A model generated the notes under the pieces. The model made no database searches. It had not been told where the DNA came from and saw only the letters and a program-made list of their open reading frames with translations. A stretch of DNA of 64,000 bases from a virus (taxonomy: Duplodnaviria > Caudoviricetes), in the IMG/VR virus record IMGVR_UViG_2595698517_000001, positions 64,001-128,000 of that record. One strand, 5' to 3'. Positions within the stretch are counted from its first letter, which is position 1. Each line of letters starts with the position of its first letter. The position numbers and the translations under genes are program-made. This document shows, piece after piece, positions 17,900 through 27,688 of the stretch.

Positions 17900-18535
17900 T
17901 TAGTTTTCTAAGGATTCTCTTAGCTTTGTTTTAAGAAAAGTTTGCATATTCTTAATCTTGCTACGGACTAAAGAAGAGCTAATCTTCTCATTAGGGTGAC
18001 TATCCCTAATCTTCTGTTCAATCTGAACATCTGAAAGCTCCTGTATGATATAGAATAAGACCTGCTTTTCCATATCGTCTAGCTCTACACCCTTTAGTGC
18101 GAACTCTAAAGTTTCGTAGTAGTCTAGCTCCTCGTCATTAGATGGGTTCTGTTCAAGGAGGTTCGATACATCGAATGCGTTCCGTGTAACGAATACACGT
18201 TGGCTGTCACGGAATACAGATTTGATGTATGAGTTCTTCACCCGATAAGTAAGCTTAATCTTGATATAACCAGGGAAATCCACGTCCGAGCCTATATCAT
18301 ACTCTTTGACCAGGCGTATAAACTGTTCGTCAATATAACTTTTTAACTCGTCACGAGATACGGGATCAGCTAGGTAAGTTTTGTATTGGTTATAGATGCT
18401 GTTACGTAAGTTCTTATACTGGTGTAGTAGCTTATCTACATCTCGTAAGAATACGCCTGTGGATTCCTCTGTGTTGACTGAAAACCGATTACCATTCCAC
18501 AACTGTTCCTGCTCTCTCTCAATATCTCTAGGCAA
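17900..18535 (-). CDS. phage RNA polymerase sigma factor
   Basis: Region 2-like (FIRLVKEYD..VDFPGYIK) and C-terminal HTH; syntenic two genes after recA. Confidence 0.8.
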   Translation of the reverse strand: MPRDIEREQEQLWNGNRFSVNTEESTGVFLRDVDKLLHQYKNLRNSIYNQYKTYLADPVSRDELKSYIDEQFIRLVKEYDIGSDVDFPGYIKIKLTYRVKNSYIKSVFRDSQRVFVTRNAFDVSNLLEQNPSNDEELDYYETLEFALKGVELDDMEKQVLFYIIQELSDVQIEQKIRDSHPNEKISSSLVRSKIKNMQTFLKTKLRESLEN

Positions 18536-18881
18536 AAGGATTCTCTCCTTCTACAACGACCTTGACATTCATTTTCTTGTTACAGAAAATATCGGAATAG
18601 TGAATGGTATACGGAATTTCTACTTCTTCTCCGTCATAATAACAAATGGACTTACCCATCGCCCATCTATCATGAATGTATTCGAATCGAACAACTACAG
18701 TTTGGACACTGTAGGAGTCTCTAATATCGATCATAACTCGTTTGCCTTCGTCTACCGTCTTTTGCAGCATCGCTTTAATGTCTGCGTATGGTGACGGGGC
18801 TACGGTACTACTGCTTTTTGTACGTTCTCTGTAATACTGTAACGTATTAGCGATAATATCTCCGTGGCTGTCTTTAAACAA
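18528..18881 (-). CDS. conserved hypothetical protein
   Basis: 117-aa ORF between recA and sigma. Confidence 0.75.
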   Translation of the reverse strand: MFKDSHGDIIANTLQYYRERTKSSSTVAPSPYADIKAMLQKTVDEGKRVMIDIRDSYSVQTVVVRFEYIHDRWAMGKSICYYDGEEVEIPYTIHYSDIFCNKKMNVKVVVEGENPFA

Positions 18882-18920
18882 GCTAAACCCTCCTCTGTTG
18901 TATGTAAAGATAAGAGGGGA

Positions 18921-20150
18921 TTAATTCCCCTCTCCATTAACAATCTCGTTGGCAACTGCATCTAGAGCGCTTTCCATGCTTGGCTGCTTTTCTAAGTTGG
19001 TAGCCATTGGTACAGGTAAAGGCATGATTTGGTCAATCCATCCTGAAATGTCCAATGTTTCATTCTTTAATGCAGGGTATCCTTCAGGGAACTCTTCCAA
19101 GATTAAACGGTTAAGTAACTCTTGGCGTACAGGTTGTCCTTCAGGCTCACGTAACCAATCAATGAAGTTGTCAATGCTCTTCTTGTGTGTCACGTTGAAT
19201 TGGTCAATGTATTCGTAACTCTGACCTACTTTAGGGAGGATTTTCGCTTCTTCAGCCATTTTAGCGAGATTGTACTCGTAATCGATACCATTATCAGAAA
19301 TTAAGAAACAATCTTCTTCCTGGAATGGACGAGATACTTTCGATTTCTGCGTCTTAACTCCCATAAGGTGACCTAACTTCTCTTTCTTACCTTTAATTGT
19401 CTTTTCGATTGCACCCTTCTTCTTGATCTCTAAGCGAAGAGATGCGTAGTGCTCCCAAGCTTTACCACCAGGAACGTTTACAGTAGGGAACATTTGGTTA
19501 CCACCGATATTGTCACGTACTTGGTTGATACCAATTAGTAGGGATTTAGATTCTGAAATCTGTGGAGCTACTTTCGTTACGAACTGTGTAATAGCTTTAG
19601 CTCGTGCCCCTACGTTTTGCTCACCGAAGTCTTTCTCTAACTCTACCTTCGAAGGTGTTTGTCCTACTGAGTCCCAAATATAAACAACTGGTACTCCTGG
19701 ATATTTAGCTTTGAAGACTTTTAAGGTTGTTTCGATTGTTTCCCCGATTTCCTCTACTGTTAAGTCGATACCCTTTTCTTCGTCAGGCTGTTTAACCAGT
19801 ACCTTACTAATATCAACTCCAATAGCGGCTAGACGCTCACGATCGGCTGTACCCTCTACGTCAATTAAAACTACGATACATCCTAGTGCCGCAGCTACAC
19901 GGGCTGCATGATGAGTAGTTACTGACTTACCTCCACTTGGCTTACCGTATATTTCTACCATTCGCCCAAACGGAAGTCCGCCACCCAAAATGCGGTCAAT
20001 CTTTGGTAAAAATAGCGGTAGTCTATCCTTTACTAGGGCGTAATCAGAATCCTGTAATATTACAAGACCTGCATCGTCCGCTAATGAGGATAAATCGATG
20101 TCTAAAGATGCGTTTGCTTTATTTTTACCTTTACCTTTTGCTTTTGCCAT
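18921..20150 (-). CDS. recA: RecA/UvsX recombinase
   Basis: GGGLPFGRMVEIYGKPSGGKS, IDVEG, IWDS, INQVR, PGGKA. Confidence 0.95.
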   Translation of the reverse strand: MAKAKGKGKNKANASLDIDLSSLADDAGLVILQDSDYALVKDRLPLFLPKIDRILGGGLPFGRMVEIYGKPSGGKSVTTHHAARVAAALGCIVVLIDVEGTADRERLAAIGVDISKVLVKQPDEEKGIDLTVEEIGETIETTLKVFKAKYPGVPVVYIWDSVGQTPSKVELEKDFGEQNVGARAKAITQFVTKVAPQISESKSLLIGINQVRDNIGGNQMFPTVNVPGGKAWEHYASLRLEIKKKGAIEKTIKGKKEKLGHLMGVKTQKSKVSRPFQEEDCFLISDNGIDYEYNLAKMAEEAKILPKVGQSYEYIDQFNVTHKKSIDNFIDWLREPEGQPVRQELLNRLILEEFPEGYPALKNETLDISGWIDQIMPLPVPMATNLEKQPSMESALDAVANEIVNGEGN

Positions 20151-20194
20151 ATGTATGTTTCCTCCTAGTTAGCCAGTAAGCACACACCTAGTTG

Positions 20195-20566
20195 TCAATT
20201 AACTAACTTTAAGGTTAACAATTCCCCTTCGTCTTCTATGATCTGCCTATGGTCTGTATATTCACCGTCAACAGGGTTACTTGAAGGATGATAAGTTTCT
20301 ACTGCTGTCCCCGTGTGAACATCATATTTGTACACATGACCATTTGTTAACTGGTCTATAGCGTCCTTAATAGTATTCTGACTAGCAGCTAGTTTTCTTT
20401 TCACTATTACAAGCTTCGTGTTTAATACCCTAGTAACTACTTTAGGACTTTTAGGGTACATATAAATGTAGGTGTCATATGATTGACCCCTGACGAAATG
20501 AGCGATACTTTCCCGAGGTACCTCGATTGTGGTACCATTAAGTAAATGAAGTACAAGTTTATGCAT
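20195..20566 (-). CDS. hypothetical protein
   Basis: 123-aa ORF with GGAGG RBS. Confidence 0.7.
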   Translation of the reverse strand: MHKLVLHLLNGTTIEVPRESIAHFVRGQSYDTYIYMYPKSPKVVTRVLNTKLVIVKRKLAASQNTIKDAIDQLTNGHVYKYDVHTGTAVETYHPSSNPVDGEYTDHRQIIEDEGELLTLKLVN

Positions 20567-20577
20567 CGTGCTTCCTC

Positions 20578-20967
20578 CTACTTTTTGTAAGTTCCTTCTA
20601 CGCCACGATTTCTACGATCAGTCGTACGTTTGTTTAACCACATTAACGCTTCTTCTAATTTCGTAATTGCCATAGCGTTTTCACGACAAGCAAACTTAGT
20701 GTTTTGGAAAAACTGTAAACGAGTAAGAATCATAGCGATTAAGTCTTCATTGAATACTCCGTTAACTCCTGCTTCTTTTACAGTACCTTCTTGGAAGTGT
20801 ACAGCGCCTACTACATTATTTCCTTCGCCTTCTGTACGTTCTACTTTGAAATAGTGAGGTGCATGTGATGTGAACTCTGTTTCATGAAATACCTTTGTGT
20901 ATACGCCACCTAATAGTTCGTGTTCTACCTCAGTAAATTGCTTTTCAGTTCCTGGTTCTTTATTCAT
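20578..20967 (-). CDS. tad1: Tad1-family anti-Thoeris/anti-CBASS nucleotide sponge
   Basis: FQEG..GV..EDL...RLQFFQ..F..RENA.A.T..EEALMWLN.R..DR..RGVEGT matches recalled Tad1 sequences. Confidence 0.85.
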   Translation of the reverse strand: MNKEPGTEKQFTEVEHELLGGVYTKVFHETEFTSHAPHYFKVERTEGEGNNVVGAVHFQEGTVKEAGVNGVFNEDLIAMILTRLQFFQNTKFACRENAMAITKLEEALMWLNKRTTDRRNRGVEGTYKK

Positions 20968-21047
20968 CGTTGTTTCCTCCTAGTAAACAATAGTATTTTA
21001 AAGCAAGATATACCTAGCCTGAGTAGACTAGGTATAAATCAGTTATG

Positions 21048-22475
21048 TTATTGCCCGCCACCTAATTCTTTCTCTAACATCGCATCCAGGTTGTTTAACC
21101 CGTTACCGTTAGCAGGTACGTTATGTAAAGGTGGTGTTGCTCCTGGGGCAGGTGCCGCAGGTGGTACTGGTGCAGGCGGTGTTGGTGCTGCTCCTGCAAC
21201 TGTTGTAGATGCTCCGACTCCACCGTTATTCGCTAAGTTAGTCTCTTCACCGATGTCCGTAGGCTCGTCCATTCCAGTAGGCATGTTAATTACTGGTTGT
21301 GTTGGTACTGCGCTAGGTGCGAATGGATCAATCGGTGTTGGCGCTGTTGTGTTAGCGTATGGATTTGGTGCAGGTGTTACTGGTTGCTGTGGTACCGCAG
21401 GTGCTCCTGGTTGTGGTACGTTAGCATATGGATTTGGTGCAGGTGCCGCAGGTGGTACTGGTGCTCCTACTCCTGGTTGTGCAGCATAAGGATTTGGTGC
21501 GGGCGTTCCTGGTTGTGCATACGGATTAGGCTGTGGTGCAGCGTTTTGTGCGTATGGGTTAGGAACAGGTGCCCCAGGTTGCGCTCCTGGTTGAGCTGCA
21601 TATGGATTTGGTGCAGGTACGTTAGCGTACGGGTTTGGTGCGCCTGGTTGTGGTGCTACCGCTCCGTAAGGGTTAGCCGCAGGTGCTCCTGGTGTAGGGG
21701 CTGCTGCTCCACCTTGGTTAGGCTTACGACCTTCCTTCATATCGATGAAAGCTTGTACCCATTGCATACCGTTCACTAAACGCTCTGTTGGTACTGCATG
21801 AGCATTTAGGTCTTCTAGTTGCGTTTCCCAACCTTGACCTAGCGCAGGTAATACGATGTCATTGTAAAGTTCTACAGTGTACTCTTTCTTACCTTGTGGT
21901 GGCTTAGTAATCTCGATTGGTCGAGGGCTGTTAATGTCCATGAAGGATAACTCTGTACCTGTACGGTTCAACATTTTGTTTTTTAATTTATCAAATACAC
22001 TTAATAAAGCAGTTTTAGGTAACTCAAGCACACGTACCACTAAGTTTCCTTGTGCGTCACGCTCTTGTACCCATTGCTGCGGGTTCATTGGATGTTGGAT
22101 AACCATTACTGCGTTTACTAAGAAACGTTCAGTAGGAGATTGTTGTCCACCGAAACCATTCGGGATCATACCTAATCCTGCCCATTCAGTAATCTTCTGC
22201 TCTAACAATGAGCCTGGGTTTGGAGCTGCGTCTAATACGAAGCTTGAACCGAATTGTTTACCGTTACTTGTAATAGTGTTTAAATACACGGTACGGATAG
22301 GAACGAAGAAGTTACCAGTTAAAGCAGCGTCAGGTAGAATTTGAATCAACAGTTTAGGTGTTTCCTTACTGAAGAACAATTTCTTGTGCTTTGCCTTCGG
22401 GTACTCAACCTTAGGGTTGTCCCCTCCTTGTTCTAGTTGTTTCTGTGCTTGGTTAATGATGTCGGCAAATGACAT
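21048..22475 (-). CDS. single-stranded DNA-binding protein with Pro/Ala-rich repeat tail
   Basis: Synteny between pol and recA; start MSFADII with AGGAGG RBS; acidic amphipathic C-terminus. Confidence 0.7.
   Translation of the reverse strand: MSFADIINQAQKQLEQGGDNPKVEYPKAKHKKLFFSKETPKLLIQILPDAALTGNFFVPIRTVYLNTITSNGKQFGSSFVLDAAPNPGSLLEQKITEWAGLGMIPNGFGGQQSPTERFLVNAVMVIQHPMNPQQWVQERDAQGNLVVRVLELPKTALLSVFDKLKNKMLNRTGTELSFMDINSPRPIEITKPPQGKKEYTVELYNDIVLPALGQGWETQLEDLNAHAVPTERLVNGMQWVQAFIDMKEGRKPNQGGAAAPTPGAPAANPYGAVAPQPGAPNPYANVPAPNPYAAQPGAQPGAPVPNPYAQNAAPQPNPYAQPGTPAPNPYAAQPGVGAPVPPAAPAPNPYANVPQPGAPAVPQQPVTPAPNPYANTTAPTPIDPFAPSAVPTQPVINMPTGMDEPTDIGEETNLANNGGVGASTTVAGAAPTPPAPVPPAAPAPGATPPLHNVPANGNGLNNLDAMLEKELGGGQ
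21350..21680 (-). repeat. eight NPY peptide repeats in the SSB tail
   Basis: Repeated (A/P)NPY(A/G) in translation; DNA repeats such as TATGGATTTGGTGCAGG. Confidence 0.85.
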
Positions 22476-22563
22476 GTAGTGATTCCTCCTATGTAATTGT
22501 AGTTTCAAAAACAGTCTAACACATATTATATCATATGTCTAGACTTTTCTGACAGTTATAGGC

Positions 22564-22818
22564 TTAATTTTTAAACTTTTTCTTTATGTACCATTGAGAG
22601 CGTTCTGCTGAACCTCTTTCAGATAGCGGTATAACCGACTGTGGGTTAGTTTCGATACTGACGATTGTATTCTCTCTCACTGCTAAGACACTATGCGGGA
22701 AAAGAACCTCGTCTACCCCGTCATATCCTCTCACGAATACTTCCATACCCTTATGCGTGTTATCCGTAGTACCTTTGATATAATTATCGTTTATCCAATC
22801 CTCAGGTAAGCTCCACAT
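22564..22818 (-). CDS. hypothetical protein
   Basis: Likely start MWSLPEDW right after upstream stop. Confidence 0.65.
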   Translation of the reverse strand: MWSLPEDWINDNYIKGTTDNTHKGMEVFVRGYDGVDEVLFPHSVLAVRENTIVSIETNPQSVIPLSERGSAERSQWYIKKKFKN

Positions 22819-22819
22819 A

Positions 22820-23125
22820 TTAAGCTTCCCAATCTGCAATCGCTTGTGCAATCTTCTGAGGTTCGGCAGTCCATTTTGGAAGCGTAATCTCATTTGCATT
22901 TGCGAAATCTGCCATAGTGTTTACTAGGAAGCGATCACTAGAAAATGCAGGTGGTGTAACTGAAGGTTCATCTGAGAACTTCACATCGCCTGTTGTTTCG
23001 TCAACGATTGCTGTTTTGAAATACCCTTCTTCAAGAGTAAGCCCTAGCTTAGTTGCTACAGCAGCGTCTGTTTTGTTAATCTGTACTGGTTCATTGAAGC
23101 GAACGCCTTTTAGATCGTCTAACAT
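22820..23125 (-). CDS. hypothetical protein
   Basis: 101-aa ORF, AGGAGG RBS. Confidence 0.75.
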   Translation of the reverse strand: MLDDLKGVRFNEPVQINKTDAAVATKLGLTLEEGYFKTAIVDETTGDVKFSDEPSVTPPAFSSDRFLVNTMADFANANEITLPKWTAEPQKIAQAIADWEA

Positions 23126-23137
23126 CCCTATTCCTCC

Positions 23138-23656
23138 TTAGTATTGTTGCGGTTGGTGATTCTGTGGCATCTGTATAGCGGTACCACCTGCACCCTTACC
23201 ATAAAGCTGATTTTCGAGAACTTGTTTACCATAGGACTGAAGCATGTCTTTACGTTGCTCGAACGCTTTTACAATACGCTGTACACGACCTATAACGTAT
23301 TCATAACCTAAGCAATTTTGTCTCATCGCCTGGTAGCTTGCGTTACGTTTAATAAATGCGTCTACACTGTCCTTTGTCGGTTTCTCTCCGATCTGCTTCA
23401 TTTCGTCTCGTGCTTGTTTATCCAAGGTAGCCACTAAGAACTCTAGCTGTAACTCGGTTGACTCCTGGAAGAATTTTAATTTCTCAAGCACGGAAGACCA
23501 GTAAATGTACTTAGAAGGTTGTTCTAACATTTCCGTTAAAAGGTTATGCTCATTTACAGCAAGTTCCTCTCTCAGGTTAAATGTTTCAAACTGTTTGTTC
23601 TCATCTATGATGTTTATTTGGTCGAAATCTAAGCTGTCTACTTTTACCTCTAACAA
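23138..23656 (-). CDS. UvsY-like recombination mediator (putative)
   Basis: Helical protein with KAFEQRKDML motif, directly downstream of pol. Confidence 0.55.
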   Translation of the reverse strand: MLEVKVDSLDFDQINIIDENKQFETFNLREELAVNEHNLLTEMLEQPSKYIYWSSVLEKLKFFQESTELQLEFLVATLDKQARDEMKQIGEKPTKDSVDAFIKRNASYQAMRQNCLGYEYVIGRVQRIVKAFEQRKDMLQSYGKQVLENQLYGKGAGGTAIQMPQNHQPQQY

Positions 23657-23719
23657 ATATTCTCACCTCTATCCTTTAGAGAGTAAAAAGAGAAGAAACA
23701 ACTTGTCCCTTCTCTCACT

Positions 23720-23748
23720 ATAATACTATATCACATTCTGTATGTCAA
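23720..23748 (-). promoter_or_regulatory. sigma-A-type promoter
   Basis: TTGACA-17-TATTAT. Confidence 0.7.
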
Positions 23749-23764
23749 ATTAAAGTTACAGAAT

Positions 23765-26700
23765 TTATAATGCTAATTGATACTGCTGTTTACTTGCTTT
23801 GACTGTCTCAACTAACTCCTCATATTTCTCCTCTGTAATTACTTTCGAATCTAAGTAATCCTTGATCTTACTTAGAGTAGAATGATACTTGCAGTAGTTT
23901 GCAACCGTTTGGAATGTGTTAAGGTCGTCTGCATCGTATTCGACCATATCATTGTACGTTACGCCAATCTCTACATCGGCTTCGATAGGGTAGCGGATTT
24001 TTTCACCTTTCCAATCGATGAATAACCAATCAATCGGTAAGTTCTCCATGATATGTCTAGCTGCTTTTGCCATGATGTGAATTTCTTCAGGTGGGCAATC
24101 AAGTACGATAGAGTCATGCACGGTAAGAACGACTTTAGTTCTGAACCCGTTATTTTCGATGAACTTGTTAATGTAGATCACAGATGTATTTGTTAAGAAT
24201 GCACCTGAACCCTGGATACGAGTATTTACAGACTGACGTAATGCACCGTTCCTTTTAGAATTATCTTTTGAGAACACGTCACGTAAATTACGTCTGAATC
24301 CATGTAGGCATTCTACATAACCATTTGCTTTAACAAACTCGTGCGTTTCATCGATAAACTGTTTAATACGAGGTTTATTTCTAAAGAAGTCCTCGAACAG
24401 TTGCTCCGCTTGTTGTAATGTCATACCATGTTTCGCATAGTAACTGAATGGTGTTTCACCGTAGGCGATACCGAACGTAGTAGACTTCGCTGAAGAACGC
24501 ATATCCTTTGTAACTTTATCCAGTGGTACCCCAAATACCAGGGAAGCTGTCTCTTTATGGATGTCGTTCTTATCTAAGAAGGCTTGTGTCATCTCTTCGT
24601 CCATCGCTGCTAGAGCTAGTACACGAGATTCCAGGGAACTATAGTCGAGCTGTAATAGCGCTCCGCCAGGGAAGCTCGTAATAAACATCCGTTTAATTGG
24701 ATACTTATAGTCGAATCGGTTAATATCCCCTGTCTTACGTGGTAACTGCTGTAAGTTCGGTTTAGAAGATGATAGACGTGTCGTTTCAGTACCAGTCGGG
24801 TTAAATCCACCATGCACCCTTTCTTCAGGGTCGATCAGCGCTCGTAGTTTCGTTGTGAAGTTCTGCTTACGAGTTTTAACAAGTGAGTGCGTTAATAGTA
24901 GCTCGGCTAATTCTTTAGAGCTTTCAAACTCCTTGGCTACATATTCTAACGTAGTCTTGTTCGTCTTGTAATGGAACCAATCAATATCTTCTTCAGGTAT
25001 GTTGTCTTCCATTACCGACTTGACCAAGTATTCCTTGTTGTACGGTGGTCTGTGCCCTGTGTATTCGAATAATACCTTCTGTTTGTCTTCAGTAGCATTC
25101 GGGTTGAACTCAAGCTTGTCCTTGTACTTATTACGCAAGTCCGCAATCTTTTCATTACGCTGCGCTTTCGGTACAGCCATTTCCGCTACCCCTCTTTGAT
25201 ACAGTTCTAAATGTTCTTCTTCTAGCTGCTGTACTTCAGGGAACTTTCTCATCTCTTCAACCAGTCTTCGTTCCTCAATGGTGTAGGCTTCAATCAAAAT
25301 ATCATTGTAGGCTACATCCATCTTAACTCCGTTGGCTTCGATCATAGCTAAGTAATTGGTTAGCTCTGTGTAATGCCCTGTATACAGCTCACGGATACGT
25401 CTATTCTCAGGTAACTGCCCTCGAAGCTCTAGTTGGTTATAGATACGTAAACATGCGTCAACGTCACCACTAGCGTATGGAGACAGCATTGAGAATAATG
25501 GAATCCATTCATAACAGAAGTCTGTACCGTCAATCGGGTTCTTCGGTGCTTCTACCGCAGGGTAGTCAGGCTTAGGCGGGTTAACATGTTTTGAGTCCGC
25601 TATTTCTTTAAGCTTTATGTATTCTTCTTGAGTAGCGTATGTCGGGTTACCTTTTCGCAACTCTTTCATTTGCTCCCTAGCTTGTTTTACTTTAGCCTGG
25701 TGTTCCGCTTTTAAATTAGCGCAAAGGTTCTTGTAGTCTAACTTCATTTGGTCAACCTTAGCTTTTAAAGCTGCTTCATAGTCTTCAACATATTGTACTT
25801 TGAAGTCCTCTAACGCTTTATCGTATCCGCCCATGTCTGTAAGCTCGTAAGCCAAGTCACTTAATTTTAATGAGCTGTCTACTGCCTGGTTAACTAATAA
25901 GTAGTACATAACCTTTGTATCTCGGTGATTCTTGAACACTTTGAAATTCTTTGTTAATCGTAGGAACCTAATATCGAACTGAATGTTATGACCGACTTTG
26001 ATAATGTTAGGATCGGCTACGAATTCTTCAATCAGTTTGTAAATCTCGGCAAGATGTCCTGGTAACCATGTAAACTCTTTATGCTCTAGCGGAATGGTGT
26101 AACCCGTCTCTTCCGCAGTACAAATAGAAATTACTAATGGTTTCGCTCCTGTTAGGGCAGGGTGTAAGGTGTTCGTCTCTAAATCCCATGCGACAATAGG
26201 GGCTTGTTTGACTTCCCTTTGGAATATGTCCCTGACTCGTTCAATGGTCGTTACATCCTCGTACTGTACTGGTTTGGCTATGAATGCTTCCTCACCTCGG
26301 TCTACGAATTTCTTCAGTGTACCGAAATCCGCTTCTACCAAGTTCTGCACTTTTGGAGCTACTAGCATGTATTCAATGGAGTACATCGGAAGTACCCAAC
26401 ATGTGTGCTCTACGACTGTTGAATTTACTTCTCCTTCAGGAAGGCTAAACGTTTCATCCAGGTTCAAGGACTCTAAATGAGCAATACGTTTCTCTAGGGA
26501 ATCAATACGACTCGTAATCTTCGCATGATCTGCCTGTAATGAAGGTTCAGTATAGATACGTCCTCCGTACCCTTCCAGGAAGTAGTCAAGTTCGTTCTCA
26601 GCATTACCTAAATGTTCACGAGCCTTTTTCAGCTCTTCTATACGAGTAACCTCGTCCAAAACATCGCTATGTATATGTGGGTTTGCCTGCTCTAACGATA

Positions 26701-27103
26701 GTGTAGCCTTAATCGTAACCTTTTGAGGTACACCTCTTGTTTTTGATATAGAGGACTTACCTAATAACGCTTTACAACCCAGGTTACCCGAAGGGATAAT
26801 AATGTCAGGCTTTTCTTTCACAATACGTTGATAAAGCAGCTCAAACTCGGGGTTGGCTTCCTTCTGTGTGGGTTGCTTGTACTTACTTGCTCTTTTATAT
26901 TTATCCCGTTCTAACACTTTCGGGATCAGTCCGTATGCGTAGTCTATGTAGTAGTTACCACGTTTCAATTGAAGACCTCTTCGAATCAGGTCTTTAAGAA
27001 TGACACCTGCATCTGTATTGAGGAATACATTCTTTAACGTACCATCAGGCTGTTTCTTAATGTGCTGCTCTCTTAAGTACTCTTGTAGAAATAATATCTT
27101 CAA
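23765..27103 (-). CDS. polA: family A DNA polymerase with UDG-like N-terminal and 3'-5' exonuclease domains
   Basis: WDLET, GHNIQFD, TRLSSSKPNLQQ, DYSSLESR, KSTTFGIAYG, VHDS. Confidence 0.95.
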   Translation of the reverse strand: MKILFLQEYLREQHIKKQPDGTLKNVFLNTDAGVILKDLIRRGLQLKRGNYYIDYAYGLIPKVLERDKYKRASKYKQPTQKEANPEFELLYQRIVKEKPDIIIPSGNLGCKALLGKSSISKTRGVPQKVTIKATLSLEQANPHIHSDVLDEVTRIEELKKAREHLGNAENELDYFLEGYGGRIYTEPSLQADHAKITSRIDSLEKRIAHLESLNLDETFSLPEGEVNSTVVEHTCWVLPMYSIEYMLVAPKVQNLVEADFGTLKKFVDRGEEAFIAKPVQYEDVTTIERVRDIFQREVKQAPIVAWDLETNTLHPALTGAKPLVISICTAEETGYTIPLEHKEFTWLPGHLAEIYKLIEEFVADPNIIKVGHNIQFDIRFLRLTKNFKVFKNHRDTKVMYYLLVNQAVDSSLKLSDLAYELTDMGGYDKALEDFKVQYVEDYEAALKAKVDQMKLDYKNLCANLKAEHQAKVKQAREQMKELRKGNPTYATQEEYIKLKEIADSKHVNPPKPDYPAVEAPKNPIDGTDFCYEWIPLFSMLSPYASGDVDACLRIYNQLELRGQLPENRRIRELYTGHYTELTNYLAMIEANGVKMDVAYNDILIEAYTIEERRLVEEMRKFPEVQQLEEEHLELYQRGVAEMAVPKAQRNEKIADLRNKYKDKLEFNPNATEDKQKVLFEYTGHRPPYNKEYLVKSVMEDNIPEEDIDWFHYKTNKTTLEYVAKEFESSKELAELLLTHSLVKTRKQNFTTKLRALIDPEERVHGGFNPTGTETTRLSSSKPNLQQLPRKTGDINRFDYKYPIKRMFITSFPGGALLQLDYSSLESRVLALAAMDEEMTQAFLDKNDIHKETASLVFGVPLDKVTKDMRSSAKSTTFGIAYGETPFSYYAKHGMTLQQAEQLFEDFFRNKPRIKQFIDETHEFVKANGYVECLHGFRRNLRDVFSKDNSKRNGALRQSVNTRIQGSGAFLTNTSVIYINKFIENNGFRTKVVLTVHDSIVLDCPPEEIHIMAKAARHIMENLPIDWLFIDWKGEKIRYPIEADVEIGVTYNDMVEYDADDLNTFQTVANYCKYHSTLSKIKDYLDSKVITEEKYEELVETVKASKQQYQLAL

Positions 27104-27122
27104 GTTGCGTCCTCCTTAGTTG

Positions 27123-27299
27123 TTACTCCTCATCCATATCCATGCCTAAATCGATGAACCACCTTACTATCAGGTTAATAAGTACAGCTACCCCGATAAT
27201 AAGACTGAATGTACCTGAAGCGTAGTCTTGCTTTGTGAAGGCATCCACTGTTATCCCTATAGCAAATGCTCCGATAAATAATAGTAATCCTTTTGGCAT
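27123..27299 (-). CDS. small 2-TM membrane protein, 58 aa (not in ORF track)
   Basis: MPKGLLLFIGAFAIG...; strong GGAGGAG RBS. Confidence 0.7.
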   Translation of the reverse strand: MPKGLLLFIGAFAIGITVDAFTKQDYASGTFSLIIGVAVLINLIVRWFIDLGMDMDEE

Positions 27300-27329
27300 A
27301 CTCCCTCTCCTCCTTCCGTAATAACTATA

Positions 27330-27358
27330 ATCTTACTATATCATATTCTGTACGTCAA
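27330..27358 (-). promoter_or_regulatory. sigma-A-type promoter for the pol unit
   Basis: TTGACG-17-TAAGAT. Confidence 0.7.
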
Positions 27359-27390
27359 TAACTGGATACATAGAAAAAAGAGAGTGGCGG

Positions 27391-27687
27391 TCACTCTCTC
27401 TTCTTTACAGGTAATTCGATTGATTCTAGTCGTGACAAGGGTTTGAACTTCGGAACCCGTTTAGCAGGACGATCGAAATATTCTTTACTGAATCCGTTGT
27501 ATGCTTTCTTGAATGGGACTTCTTGTAATAGTAGCTTCCATAGCTTACCTTGCTTAATTTCTTCCCCATTTTCTAATGCTTCTACGATCACATCTTCGTA
27601 GTGCTTCAGAAACTCCTGGGCAATTCCTATATCATAATTACCTCGGTGGGCAATACGTCTAGCCAGTTCGTTACGATTTACAGCCAT
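27391..27687 (-). CDS. HU/IHF-family DNA-binding protein
   Basis: NRNELARRIA, ALENGEEI, PAKRVPKFKP. Confidence 0.85.
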   Translation of the reverse strand: MAVNRNELARRIAHRGNYDIGIAQEFLKHYEDVIVEALENGEEIKQGKLWKLLLQEVPFKKAYNGFSKEYFDRPAKRVPKFKPLSRLESIELPVKKRE

Positions 27688-27688
27688 A

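Noticed and set aside
21140-21720. Possible CRISPR-like array
   Set aside because: Repeats are degenerate, in-frame and coding, with no constant repeat-spacer period.
21297-21779. Cys/Trp-rich repetitive plus-strand ORF
   Set aside because: Artefact of the antisense SSB Pro/Ala repeats.
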